NCBI GenBank assembly: GCA_965222645.1 | Contig: OZ244968.1 | Location: 5,386,008 to 5,450,007 of the forward strand | Source: Saprospiraceae bacterium | Lineage (GTDB): Bacteria > Bacteroidota > Bacteroidia > Chitinophagales > Saprospiraceae | Length of the DNA: 64,000 nt | Direction: 5' to 3' | In this document: piece by piece, positions 9,847-19,328 of the stretch | How the letters are laid out: each line of letters opens with the position of its first letter | Position numbering within the stretch: the stretch's first letter is position 1 | Made by a program: the position numbers and the translations under genes | Notes under the pieces: model-generated | Seen by the model: only the letters and a program-made list of their open reading frames with translations | Told to the model about the DNA's origin: nothing | Databases searched by the model: none

Positions 9847-10405
9847 TTAATTTACCTTCTCGATATCTTCCGCACCCATTTCCAAACAAAAGGTCTGATC
9901 TATTGAATCAAGGTGTATAATTATTTTGCAACCATTTCCCTGGCGGTATAGCACACCATTAAATCCGCGAAATGGTCCAGCCTTAATTCTTATGCTGTCG
10001 CCCACGTTGTATCGAGGAAGTCGCATATATTTTATAGCCTTTCTTCAGTGTATTTGATAAAGCGTCTATTTCTTCTTGTCTTATTATGGCCGGCCTTCCG
10101 TCTTTGTAAACAAAATTGACCATCCAGGGAAAACGATATATTTCAGATATTTGTTTATTCATTATGTTGACAAAAACATATCCGGGCAGCAGGGGAGCCT
10201 CAACTGTTTTTAAACGATCACTCCATTGCCGTCTTTCTTTCACTAGAGGCAGAAAGGATTGATAACGGTTGTTTATTAGTGCGTTATGGAATTTCTTCTC
10301 AGATCTGGACCGGGTATAGACGGCGTACCAATTACTTATAGGCTGGGAAATTGAGATTATTGGTCTCAGTGCAATCTCACTGGTTGTTTTGGTCGTTGTT
10401 TTCAT
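9847..10405 (-). pseudogene. UpxY/NusG-like transcription antiterminator, frameshifted between the NGN and KOW domains
   Basis: The 140-aa ORF (9983..10405) carries the NGN-like block NWYAVYTRSRSEKKFHNAL...LPLV...PLLPGYVFVN. The KOW-like block GDSIRIKAGPFRGFNGVLYRQGNGCKIIIHLDSIDQTFCLEMGAEDIEKVN* is read in the +1 frame from about 10003 down to the stop at 9847-9849. The shift is at a GGG/CCC run (10001-10003). Confidence 0.65.
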
Positions 10406-10559
10406 CTGGGTTTAATGGTCGTTAGTAGAATTATACCGTTGAGTTCATAGTCTTGGGAGTGGGTTTTGACATTATAGTTACTTGGAGATCGATTTTCGTT
10501 ACCGGCTTTGTAACACTTTTTTACAATTATTTTGTGTGAGATATTCTGAAAGATACTCC

Positions 10560-11030
10560 TCGATAGCTGGGGACCCAACTTCGCTTAAGCTTTGGTGGGC
10601 AGGCGTGGCGAGGTGTGGCAGACAAGGGGACCCGCCTTCGCCCTTTTTAAGCTTCTGTTTTCCCATACGAGATAAGCAAGTGCAGCTGTGGACAGCGTGA
10701 GGGCTTTGGCGGGCAGGCGCGGACCCCTTGGAGTATATCTATCCGTTTTATTGGCTGGGGGATCAGATCCTGGATCCCTCAGGCCATGGGTCTATTAGTC
10801 AATGGGTCCCGCCTTCGCCCTTTCTAAGCTTCTGTTTTCGCATGCGAGATGAGCAAGTGCAGCTGTGGACAGGGTGAGGGCTTTGGCGGGCAGGCATGGA
10901 CCCATTGGAGATGCCTATTTATTTTATTGGCTGGGGACCATAGACCATTGGGTCATGGACCCATTGGAGATACCTATTCATTTTTATCGGCTGGGGGTCA
11001 ATAGACCATTGGGTCACGGACCATGGCAGA
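10560..11030. repeat. Direct repeats (~178-bp period, about 2.5 copies) upstream of the DUF2142-like gene
   Basis: GGACCCGCCTTCGCCCTTT(T/C)TAAGCTTCTGTTTTC...GCAAGTGCAGCTGTGGACAG.GTGAGGGCTTTGGCGGGCAGGC..GGACCC.TTGGAG...TTATTGGCTGGGG occurs starting near 10627 and near 10804. There is a further partial copy at 10958-11030. Confidence 0.7.
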
Positions 11031-11271
11031 CCACGTATCGATCCAACACCATTCCGTACCTTGGGGTTGGTACTGTCAAATTATTCTGAGCTGCCTTTGA
11101 GTGAAGACAAAACATATCTTTTTTTTAAATGGCCACCTAGTGGACTGTAACAAATGAAACCGAAACATCAATTGCATTCTTTTGGGCCAGTACTTCATCA
11201 TCAAAAGCCTTACGTAGCTTTGGCTATGCGCGGTTTTGCTTTTTCGTCCTGACCCAAAATCTCTGAAATTT

Positions 11272-13155
11272 ATGAATCCGATTCATCAGTTACAGTCCAC
11301 TAGTCCACATCACTTCTTTGCCTTGACAAGCCTTCTCTTTGGACTTATCCTCATCTTTCTAACGCCTCCCTTTCAGGTCCCCGATGAAGTCAATCATTTT
11401 TACAGAGCTTATCAGATTGCAGATGGATATCCTATCGGTCAAAATCATGAAAATCGCCTCGGCGGATTTGTGCCTGCTTCGTTCATAGAGGTGGCAGAAC
11501 CCTTTCTCCACCTGCGGTGGCAAATGAATAGAAAAACATCTGCTGCTGTAATAAAAAGCAAATTAAGAACAGAACTAAATCCCAGTGAAAAGGTCTTTGT
11601 GGATTTTCCCAACACCGGGTTGTACAATCCGGTGTCCTATGTTCCACAGTCATCGGCTATATTTTTCTTGAAGGCCTTTAATCTACCACCTCTCATTATC
11701 CTTTATGGGGCACGTATTTTTACCCTCTTCTTTTGGATTTCTTCGATTGCCATTTGTATAAAATTTATTCCGGCTTATAAGTGGCTATTTACCTTCCTGG
11801 CCCTACTGCCTATGTCCCTCTATGTAAATATGTCCTTGAGTGCTGACGTGATGTCCAATATTCTGGCATTTATGTTTATTTCTTTTACACTTTACAGCAC
11901 TCAATCGAAGGATCTTTTTGGGAGGAAGGAGCTTCTCATGTTCTTAGCCGTGACTGTTCTTTTGGTATCCGCGAAAATCGTATATGCACCATTGGCGTTA
12001 CTTTTTTTGTTGATTCCGAAGGAGCGATTTATCAACACCCGGCATTTTTTTACTTATTTCTTTATTCTCGGACTAGCCGGTTTGCTTACTGCCCATTTCT
12101 GGTCGTCTATCATTGACTCTATTTATATCCCTTACGCTGAATACAATCCGGATCATCGGGACTGGATTGATTTAATGCGTTGTGCCAATATGGATGATCA
12201 GATGAATTTGATTTATAAAAATTTCATGTATCCTGTCAAAGTATTTAGCAACTCCATGGTACAGACATTTGACATGTATTTTTACGGGTACATTGGCACG
12301 TTTGGTTGGCTTGATGCAAAAATGCCCAGGTGGTTGGTGCATCTCAGCTACATCGTCCTGATTTTTGTGGCTCTGTTTGATGTCTCGGCTAGAGGAATAC
12401 TAGGATTTAAACATAATGCTATCCTGTTGATCGCTCTTGTCATCTCCACTTTTCTGTTGCTTTTATCTCAATTACTTACCTGGGAGTGTGTGGGGAGTGA
12501 CGTTATTAAAACGATTCAGGGGAGATATTTTATCCCGATTTTTCCATTGCTTTTTTTAATAATCAATGGGATATTTAGATCTCCAGAGCCTTTGCAGAAA
12601 ATGGTTAAATATGTTGCAGTTATTTTTTCTACGGCTTTACTCTTCTTGTCTTGTATTGTGATCTACAAGAGATATTACGTTTATTCTTCATACGAAATTA
12701 CGACTCTCACATGCGACGCTGAGGACGTGGTGTCCCCCCATGGTTTGGCGACAACCCTCCCTGATGTTTTTCTTGGAAATGCAGATAAACGAACTGAAGA
12801 ACGGTCGAGATCGGGAAGGTACTCGTTGATGCTTGGATCTGGCAGTTCCTTCGGGTTCACACATCGTTATTATGGTGCTCGATATGGCGATATAATCCAG
12901 GTGGAGGTTTATCGACTTGGGAATTCCGGGAGTGTCGTTATTTCGGGAAATGCCGGTAAGGACTTTTATGTGGGTTCAAACGAAGCCACAGAGACAGATG
13001 AAGATGGATGGGAGAGGCTTTCTTATTCTTATACTATTGAGGAAGATATGGGGGGAAAGGAAATAGGAATATATGTGTTTAATAAATCTGAACCGGGTTA
13101 TTTCGATGATTTTTCCGTTACGATTTTAAAGAAGAGGACTTTTATGGGGTTTTGA
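11272..13155 (+). CDS. Polytopic membrane protein, DUF2142-like (GT-C-type glycosyltransferase-like), with C-terminal soluble beta-rich domain
   Basis: The motif PPFQVPDEVNHFYRAYQIADG follows TM1, with more than 10 hydrophobic helices after it. The C-terminal ~150 aa are non-membrane. I prefer ATG 11272 over the track's TTG 11236, because 11160-11250 is a copy of a dispersed repeat module. Confidence 0.5.
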   Translation: MNPIHQLQSTSPHHFFALTSLLFGLILIFLTPPFQVPDEVNHFYRAYQIADGYPIGQNHENRLGGFVPASFIEVAEPFLHLRWQMNRKTSAAVIKSKLRTELNPSEKVFVDFPNTGLYNPVSYVPQSSAIFFLKAFNLPPLIILYGARIFTLFFWISSIAICIKFIPAYKWLFTFLALLPMSLYVNMSLSADVMSNILAFMFISFTLYSTQSKDLFGRKELLMFLAVTVLLVSAKIVYAPLALLFLLIPKERFINTRHFFTYFFILGLAGLLTAHFWSSIIDSIYIPYAEYNPDHRDWIDLMRCANMDDQMNLIYKNFMYPVKVFSNSMVQTFDMYFYGYIGTFGWLDAKMPRWLVHLSYIVLIFVALFDVSARGILGFKHNAILLIALVISTFLLLLSQLLTWECVGSDVIKTIQGRYFIPIFPLLFLIINGIFRSPEPLQKMVKYVAVIFSTALLFLSCIVIYKRYYVYSSYEITTLTCDAEDVVSPHGLATTLPDVFLGNADKRTEERSRSGRYSLMLGSGSSFGFTHRYYGARYGDIIQVEVYRLGNSGSVVISGNAGKDFYVGSNEATETDEDGWERLSYSYTIEEDMGGKEIGIYVFNKSEPGYFDDFSVTILKKRTFMGF

Positions 13156-13624
13156 CCCATATGTCGTACCTGACGGCACGATCATTAGGTACGTCGTAGG
13201 GAGTTACCTGCATGTCGTACCTACGGCACGAGCAGGGCCGGCGAATGTAAATTCGCCTTTGACTGCGTGTGGGTTTGAGATAGCCTCCACGTAGTGTTGT
13301 GCCGGTGAATGTAAATTCGCCTTTGACTGCCGATCTATGGTAGGAGTTACCTGCATAATGTACCTACGGCAGGATCATTAAGTCATCGTCTGGAGTTATA
13401 TGCATCTCGTACCTACGGCACGATCATTAAGTCAGCGTTTGGAGTTACCAACATGTCGTACCTACGGCACGAGCAGGGCCGGCGAATGTAAATTCGCAGA
13501 TGTCTCAATGCGGGTCTGTGATAGTCTTTTATGGTAGTGTTGTGCCGGTGAATGTAAATTCGCCTTTGACTCAATGCTGGGTCTGGAGTTACCGACGTTG
13601 GTGTCTGCCGTGACAGTTAAAGTC
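13156..13624. repeat. Cluster of REP-like hairpin repeats between convergent genes
   Basis: Two alternating motifs. ATGTCGTACCTACGGCACGA occurs about 5 times (near 13160, 13207, 13350, 13395, 13445). GCCGG(C/T)GAATGTAAATTCGCC occurs 4 times (near 13237, 13300, 13478, 13543) and contains a GGCGAAT/ATTCGCC 7-bp stem. Confidence 0.75.
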
Positions 13625-15556
13625 TTACTGGCTGATTGTAATCATGTCGAGAAAGAGTACACTATCGTCGATGGCTTCTAAGACAATGTCTACGACCTGT
13701 CCCTCTGCAAGATTGATCCGCACCGGATATTCGGAAAAGCGTGAATGCGATATTTTCCTCGGATCTAGCTCCTGATTAAGATGGATGGATTCACCACTGG
13801 AAATAGTGCAGTTTAGAGCTGGATCTTCCCGGATATTATTAGACTGCTTTCTAAGGCTAAATTTTATTTCATGAATCCCTGATGATAGTTTTGTGCTGCA
13901 CTTCACTGTCTTGGTGGTTCCTGTTCCCCCGGCATCTGAAATTTTGATGCTTTGCTTTATAGTAGAGAGCGAATCGTAGTTGGGGTAACCTCGGTAAAAG
14001 AGTTTATTTGACGGGAGGATGATGGTGCCATTGAGCCAGGATTTAATTCTTATTTTATTGGGAAGGTGTGCTCTATAACTAAAATTATAAGAGTCACTGG
14101 ATAGTTTGTATTTGCACATCTCACTATCGGCTAGCTTAAATGGAGCACCGTCTTTAATTAAGATTCTCCCGAATTGCCTAACCCTGGTTGGAAATGTGTC
14201 GAGCCACATATCCCTTATCAGAAAGATCTTATCATTTTCAAATACTGCTTCCGCTAATTTTATATTGCGGTAGACTGCATTGTCATGAGGGGTAGCAATT
14301 ACAAGGTCAGGGTTTACTGCTGAATTGACATATGAATTCCAGTAATCACCTATCAATCCGATTTTCCCGAGGCTTTCCAATTCCTGTACTGTGGTACGTA
14401 TTGCTTTTGCTACACCATTTCGGTAAAAATTTTCCAACGCACTGGATACGGACAAGAGTGAACAAACCAGGAGGGAGACCGCCATCCATTTCGGCAGACC
14501 TGGGTGGCTATCTAAATGTGCTAATAGCCATAATGCAGCAGAGATAAAAAGACAACTGAAATATCTTCTTCCCATTTCATTTAAATAAACCCAGTTTACC
14601 GTAAATAGTATTACCGCTGTAAGGATGAGCGTGACAAACAAAATACTCGTCAGGGTATTGTGCAAATGTGTTGTACCTTTTTTTCTTCTACCTGTTTTCA
14701 CGTAGAAGAAATAGGAGGCGAGTGTTGTTATTATTGCAATCCAGAATACACCCTGCACACTGCTTTCAGATCTAAACAACAAGATCCGTTTGACGGATGC
14801 CCAGATTATTTCCAATCCATTTCCTATTTCGGATAAAGTGCTTAGTCTAAACGAACTGTAGGAATTGCTAGGGATCCCCTGAAGTTTAGCAAATATTATA
14901 AAAGACCCAACAAGTATAATGGAGGAAATAATCCATAACTTATACTCCGTTCGATTTTTTATTCTTTTTAATATTTGAGGATTGCTGAATAATAGACCCA
15001 GAACAATTGCTGCCACATAGATTATTCCAAAGTCTGAAACCCAGATGAGTATTGCTGTTGCCAATGCGGTGCATGCCATCCAATAGTATTGGGAATTATT
15101 TCCTTGAACTTGTTTTACTTTCTTTAGGCAGTAAAGAATTATTCCAAAAAAACTGAATTGGATACCAAAGGGATACAAAAGAAATTCTACAAATTGCCAC
15201 GGAGGCAAAAACCAGATCAGATACAAGAATATGCGTAGGTATCGGTTCTTAATAAAAGAGGAGAATGAAAGTACCCCAAGGAGCAGGATGCCATAGTGTG
15301 TCAGTGAGGTTACCAAGATTAACGGAATACCTGAAAGCTTATTGACCATATATGCAACTATAGGAATGAGATTTCCTCCTCGGTCTTGCCCCCAACAGTA
15401 CAGATCTTGAGGTAATTGAAGATGATGGGCCATTAGAATACTCAATGCACTGTCGGAATTCAAAAGAGGGGAGTAGTAAAAGGAAAAGTGAGCAAACGAA
15501 ATTCCAAGGACCAGAATGAAAACGAAGACCTCTCCCGAATTTCTCTTGTGAGACAT
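13625..15556 (-). CDS. Polytopic membrane protein (GT-C/ArnT-like, putative) with C-terminal soluble beta-rich domain
   Basis: 643 aa. About 12 hydrophobic helices in the first ~380 aa, then a soluble C-terminal half. The architecture parallels the convergent gene 11272..13155. No catalytic motif was confidently recognised. Confidence 0.4.
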   Translation of the reverse strand: MSHKRNSGEVFVFILVLGISFAHFSFYYSPLLNSDSALSILMAHHLQLPQDLYCWGQDRGGNLIPIVAYMVNKLSGIPLILVTSLTHYGILLLGVLSFSSFIKNRYLRIFLYLIWFLPPWQFVEFLLYPFGIQFSFFGIILYCLKKVKQVQGNNSQYYWMACTALATAILIWVSDFGIIYVAAIVLGLLFSNPQILKRIKNRTEYKLWIISSIILVGSFIIFAKLQGIPSNSYSSFRLSTLSEIGNGLEIIWASVKRILLFRSESSVQGVFWIAIITTLASYFFYVKTGRRKKGTTHLHNTLTSILFVTLILTAVILFTVNWVYLNEMGRRYFSCLFISAALWLLAHLDSHPGLPKWMAVSLLVCSLLSVSSALENFYRNGVAKAIRTTVQELESLGKIGLIGDYWNSYVNSAVNPDLVIATPHDNAVYRNIKLAEAVFENDKIFLIRDMWLDTFPTRVRQFGRILIKDGAPFKLADSEMCKYKLSSDSYNFSYRAHLPNKIRIKSWLNGTIILPSNKLFYRGYPNYDSLSTIKQSIKISDAGGTGTTKTVKCSTKLSSGIHEIKFSLRKQSNNIREDPALNCTISSGESIHLNQELDPRKISHSRFSEYPVRINLAEGQVVDIVLEAIDDSVLFLDMITISQ

Positions 15557-17786
15557 ATTTAATTTATAGAATATTCATCTACACTGCAAATGTGAAATAT
15601 ATGCTCTGCAATGCCGGCTCATGCAATGATAGAAAAACATTTCTTCTTTCCGGATTAACATATGTAAATAAAATGGGGGTGATTCTTGATCGATTTCGCC
15701 AAGGGCGGGGCGAGGTATGGTGTACCTCGAAGTCAGAAGCTTGCGCGTGAAGTGGGTGAACTACTGCATCCTTGGTGAGCAACAATTATAATTACTTTTC
15801 TTTTTTGTGACTAAAAATGTCCTTTCCCACTTTTTGTCAGTCCCGACGATATCTGTCGGGATGGGTCATTCTTGAGCGATCCCGCCAAGGGCGGGGCGAG
15901 GTACTGTGTACCTCGAAGTGAAATGAACCACGTACAGTGGGTGGGTGAGCTCCTACATCCTCGGTGACCCACATCTTGGGTCTTCACTAGATTTTATAAG
16001 TGATTTCTTCCGCTTTTTTCTTGATAAAAAAGCTAGCAAAAAATCAAGACTGTGAATGATGGCCTAACATCCTGTAAGCTCTTGCTTACCCACGTGCAAT
16101 CAGAGCCGTTCGGCATATTCATACTGAGCCTACTCTTTTTACCGAGGACTATGCCTCACTACGCTGATTGCTTCTTTGCTTACCTTCAGAGCAACAGGCT
16201 GTTTGGCCACCATTCAAGGTCGATCAAAGGGATTGCCATATGGTATAGCTCGGGATCATTTCTTGCGTGCGTGACTGCTTTGAATGATAGCTTAGAATTC
16301 CTCTTCAACGAAATAGATTATTTTTGGAATGTCTAGAAAAGGTGATTTCAAAGTCCCCCAACAAGTTCTTACTGCTGGCCTTTGATCCGTGAGCCAGGCT
16401 CTGACTTCCTTAGTGGAGAAGTCTATTGCTTGTGATCAGATTTTGTCTGCATTTATGCTCCTTAGCTCTTTTCCGCTGGATAAAATCTAACGCTACAACC
16501 GAAGTGTGGGCCCCCACCTACGGATGCGAAGTCGGAGTCATCAAAACTATTTTAGGACTTTTATGCCAGCGCTCCCAAAGACCTTTGAAAAAGGTCTAAT
16601 CCCGGCCTTATTTTTTTTAGTGATAAAATGCCAAAAAACCGTTAAGAACTTTAAAGAGTTTGAACGAGTAGAATTTTCATCGAAAGATCAAACTTGAATA
16701 AAAGCAATCCAATATAGTACGTCAGGATTTATGTGAGTTTTTAAAGTTTAGGTTTTTTGGGATTTTATTGCGTTAGGAAAAAAATATAGCCGGCGATTTT
16801 GTCAAACTTTTGTCGCCAAAAGTTTGCCCTACCGGAGGTAGAATATTTTTATTGTATGTTCTTTCAAAATTCCGCTGGATAAAATCTAACGCTACAACCC
16901 AAGTGTGGGGCCCCACCTACGGATGCGAAGTCGGAATCCATAGGATTTTTTTCGAGTGCCTTTCACCCTTTTTGTCCTATTTTAACGGCAAAATATCTAA
17001 GGCGAGGTAGGCACGCTCCTGATGTCTGTAGGCGGACTCGTCGTGGGGTTGATGAGCTGTCTTATATTGAATGATGTTCACCCTATTAATTCTTGCTGGA
17101 TAAAATCTAACGCAACAACACAAGGTGTGGGGCACCACCTGCGGATGCGAAGTCGGGGTCAGGGAAGTGGGAAAGAAGGGAAGTAGGGATTCCCAAGCCC
17201 GGAGCGAATCGAAGATCAACCGAAGCGAGATCCCGATATCAACCGGAAGGAGATCGTCGGGTCGTTGGGAGTGAAGGGATTGGTTAGCCCGGAAATAATT
17301 ATTCATTCTTTTTTGTGACCAAAAAAAGAAACAAAAAAGTCTTTCTCTGTAGATCTTTTGCCTAATAGGCCAAACCCACCCGCTCGTGATCCCAGCCGTT
17401 CGCTTTTTAGATCATCACTTTGTTGCGCTTGATCGGAAGATGAGATGCCTACCTTCTTTTATGTCCCCATATGCTCACTTCGGCATCACTCCTCTACCTT
17501 GCACTCTTTGTCCTATTTTAACGGCAAAATATCTAAGGTGCTGTAGGCATGCTCCGCATACCTTGAGGAGGACTCGTCGTCGGGTTCTTGAGTTGTCTTA
17601 TAGTGGTTGTTATACATCCATTGACTTTTCTACTAGACTACGTAGGATTAATCATGGGGGATCATGTAAGTTTGGTAGTAGGGTAATTGGGCCACTGATA
17701 AAATCTAACGCCTCGATCCAGGTGAGAGACCAGAATCTATGGATGCGAATTCGAAGTCTACAAATTATTTTGGAATACAGTCTTAT
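15557..17786 (+). repeat. Gene-free mosaic repeat block A (modules M1, M9, M3, M4, M2, M7, M8, M5)
   Basis: Shares modules with blocks B and C. The M1 hairpin module CGCCAAGGGCGGGGCGAGGTAC...GTACCTCGAAGT is at ~15684 and ~15868. 16168-16860 is nearly identical to 20990-21680. M2 (TTTGTCCTATTTTAACGGCAAAATATCTAAGG...) is at 16971 and 17517. M3 (...CTACGGATGCGAAGTCGG) is at ~16473, 16872, 17094 and 17695. The only ORFs here are repeat-derived. Confidence 0.8.
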
Positions 17787-18956
17787 TTACCAGGAAGATA
17801 TTTCAATTCCGGGATAGAAAGCACCCCAGGAAAACCAGAAGCCCATAAACTGAGTTGGTAATTCCAGGGTAGCGCTATTTTCGTTGCCATTCAGTGGTTT
17901 TCCCAAAAGATCATATTTGATGCCATCGCTGTCCATTAATATTGCCGGAAATTCATTTTCCAATAACGAGAATTCTCGATCACCCCCATCAAAAGCCACG
18001 ATAAAATTTTTGGATTTACTACGCACTACAATCAGATTAACATCACCCAGCTGCTCCCGGATCATTTCCATTTTCTCCAATTCTTCACCGAAAGTATAGA
18101 CCCGATTTACCCGTTGACCCAGAACTCCAAGTACTCGCTGCTTTAAGTCCAACCGGCTGTCTTTCGTGGTGATTGGAAATATCAGCCGCTCCTGGTTGGT
18201 CCGGTAATCTCCATAGGGATAATCTCCATAAGGATTATCAAAACCGGTCGACCTGGTCATGATTGTTCCTTCCGGATATGCAGATCGAAATGTCTCAAAG
18301 GTCGTTTCTACCATGCTGTAGATTTTGGCCTTCGCACCTACGAGCTTGCCATTTACACAGTCCAGTCTTTGTTGGGACCAGATACTTTCCGTAGATCTGT
18401 CATAAGGCATCAAATTGGTATTGTACAACAATCCGGACACTCCAAACGTCGTTTCTTCGCCCTGCACGACTCGATTCCAGGCGATCCCGGTGCCAGTCAA
18501 TGGGCAGTATGTGACCGCGAATTTTTTGGTTGCAAGCTCATCGTTGACTATTTCATGATGATCTAAAATACCTATTGGATAAGCCCTCACCTGGTCCTCT
18601 GCTCGCATGACGAGAACAAGATCTTCGTCATCTGGAAACTCGGCATTGCTGGCAATCGTGAATTGGGGATTGTCGATGGATGGTATCCCATCCTTCCCCG
18701 GACCTCCATCAAATACCTGATCAATGGGTATCAACCAGCCATTAGACGTATTTACAGATCCTCCCGGTGAAGGTGTGACAGTCTTGGACTTTGAGCAAGA
18801 AATTATCAGGGGGACCACGATGATGATGAACCACCTCATTACCGGAGGAGCCACTTTGAAGCTAATTACATTTTTCCAGGACAGCATTATTAATTCGGAA
18901 AGGGCAAAAACTTGCTTTAAAAAATTAAAAACTCGATACAAAAAAGATCTATGCAA
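17787..18956 (-). CDS. DUF3179-domain lipoprotein
   Basis: Contains DGIPSIDNPQF and other DUF3179-like blocks. The likely true start is the internal MRWFIIIVVPLIISCS (ATG near 18839), which gives a lipoprotein signal. Confidence 0.6.
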   Translation of the reverse strand: MHRSFLYRVFNFLKQVFALSELIMLSWKNVISFKVAPPVMRWFIIIVVPLIISCSKSKTVTPSPGGSVNTSNGWLIPIDQVFDGGPGKDGIPSIDNPQFTIASNAEFPDDEDLVLVMRAEDQVRAYPIGILDHHEIVNDELATKKFAVTYCPLTGTGIAWNRVVQGEETTFGVSGLLYNTNLMPYDRSTESIWSQQRLDCVNGKLVGAKAKIYSMVETTFETFRSAYPEGTIMTRSTGFDNPYGDYPYGDYRTNQERLIFPITTKDSRLDLKQRVLGVLGQRVNRVYTFGEELEKMEMIREQLGDVNLIVVRSKSKNFIVAFDGGDREFSLLENEFPAILMDSDGIKYDLLGKPLNGNENSATLELPTQFMGFWFSWGAFYPGIEISSW

Positions 18957-19245
18957 TTTCCTCCTTCTCGTCAGTTTCTACTAAAAGTTTTTTAAATGCC
19001 TTTCTGAATTCTCGCCAACTAAACTTTCTATCCTTATCCTGATCCAGCTCGCGTATCAACTTCTTTGCGACGATTGCCGATAGGAAATTGCTTATTTCTG
19101 CCTCTGAAATTAAATTCTTAAGCTCGGTCGATGACAGATAACCGTCACCGTTCTTATCAAAAAAGTGAAATGCTTGTTCCGGATTATCAAAACTCTGTGT
19201 GATGAGAATCTTGATCTTGTTTAGAATTTCTTTCTTACCAGCCAC
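18949..19245 (-). CDS. EF-hand calcium-binding protein
   Basis: 98 aa with a canonical EF loop DKNGDGYLSSTE and a second degenerate loop DQDKDRKFSWREF. Confidence 0.7.
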   Translation of the reverse strand: MAGKKEILNKIKILITQSFDNPEQAFHFFDKNGDGYLSSTELKNLISEAEISNFLSAIVAKKLIRELDQDKDRKFSWREFRKAFKKLLVETDEKEEIA

Positions 19246-19328
19246 TTGGATTTACTTTTATTATGAAACGCCAAGATACGACATTACACATCAATATGTT
19301 GCCCCTCTACCCGTCTCTTTATTGCATT

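Noticed and set aside
10560-11030. A relationship between the ~178-bp direct repeats here and the 176-bp satellite
   Set aside because: The periods are similar, but I could find no shared sequence between the two repeat families. I regard this as coincidence.
16977-17306. ORFs over the purine-rich M8 module (16977..17306 minus, 30836..31057 minus, 30909..31124 plus)
   Set aside because: Both strands are open over the same repeat. There is no recognisable domain, and the copies differ by indels. They are likely artefacts of biased composition.
17386-17817. Track ORFs sharing the peptide AHFGITPLPCTLCPILTAKYLRRCRHAPH (17386..17817, 21736..22260, 22635..22925, 30689..31024, 31315..31545)
   Set aside because: The shared peptide is the translation of repeat module M2. 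The starts, ends and frames outside the module are not conserved between copies, and Cys/Arg/His-rich low-complexity products are typical of repeat read-through. I treat these as non-coding.
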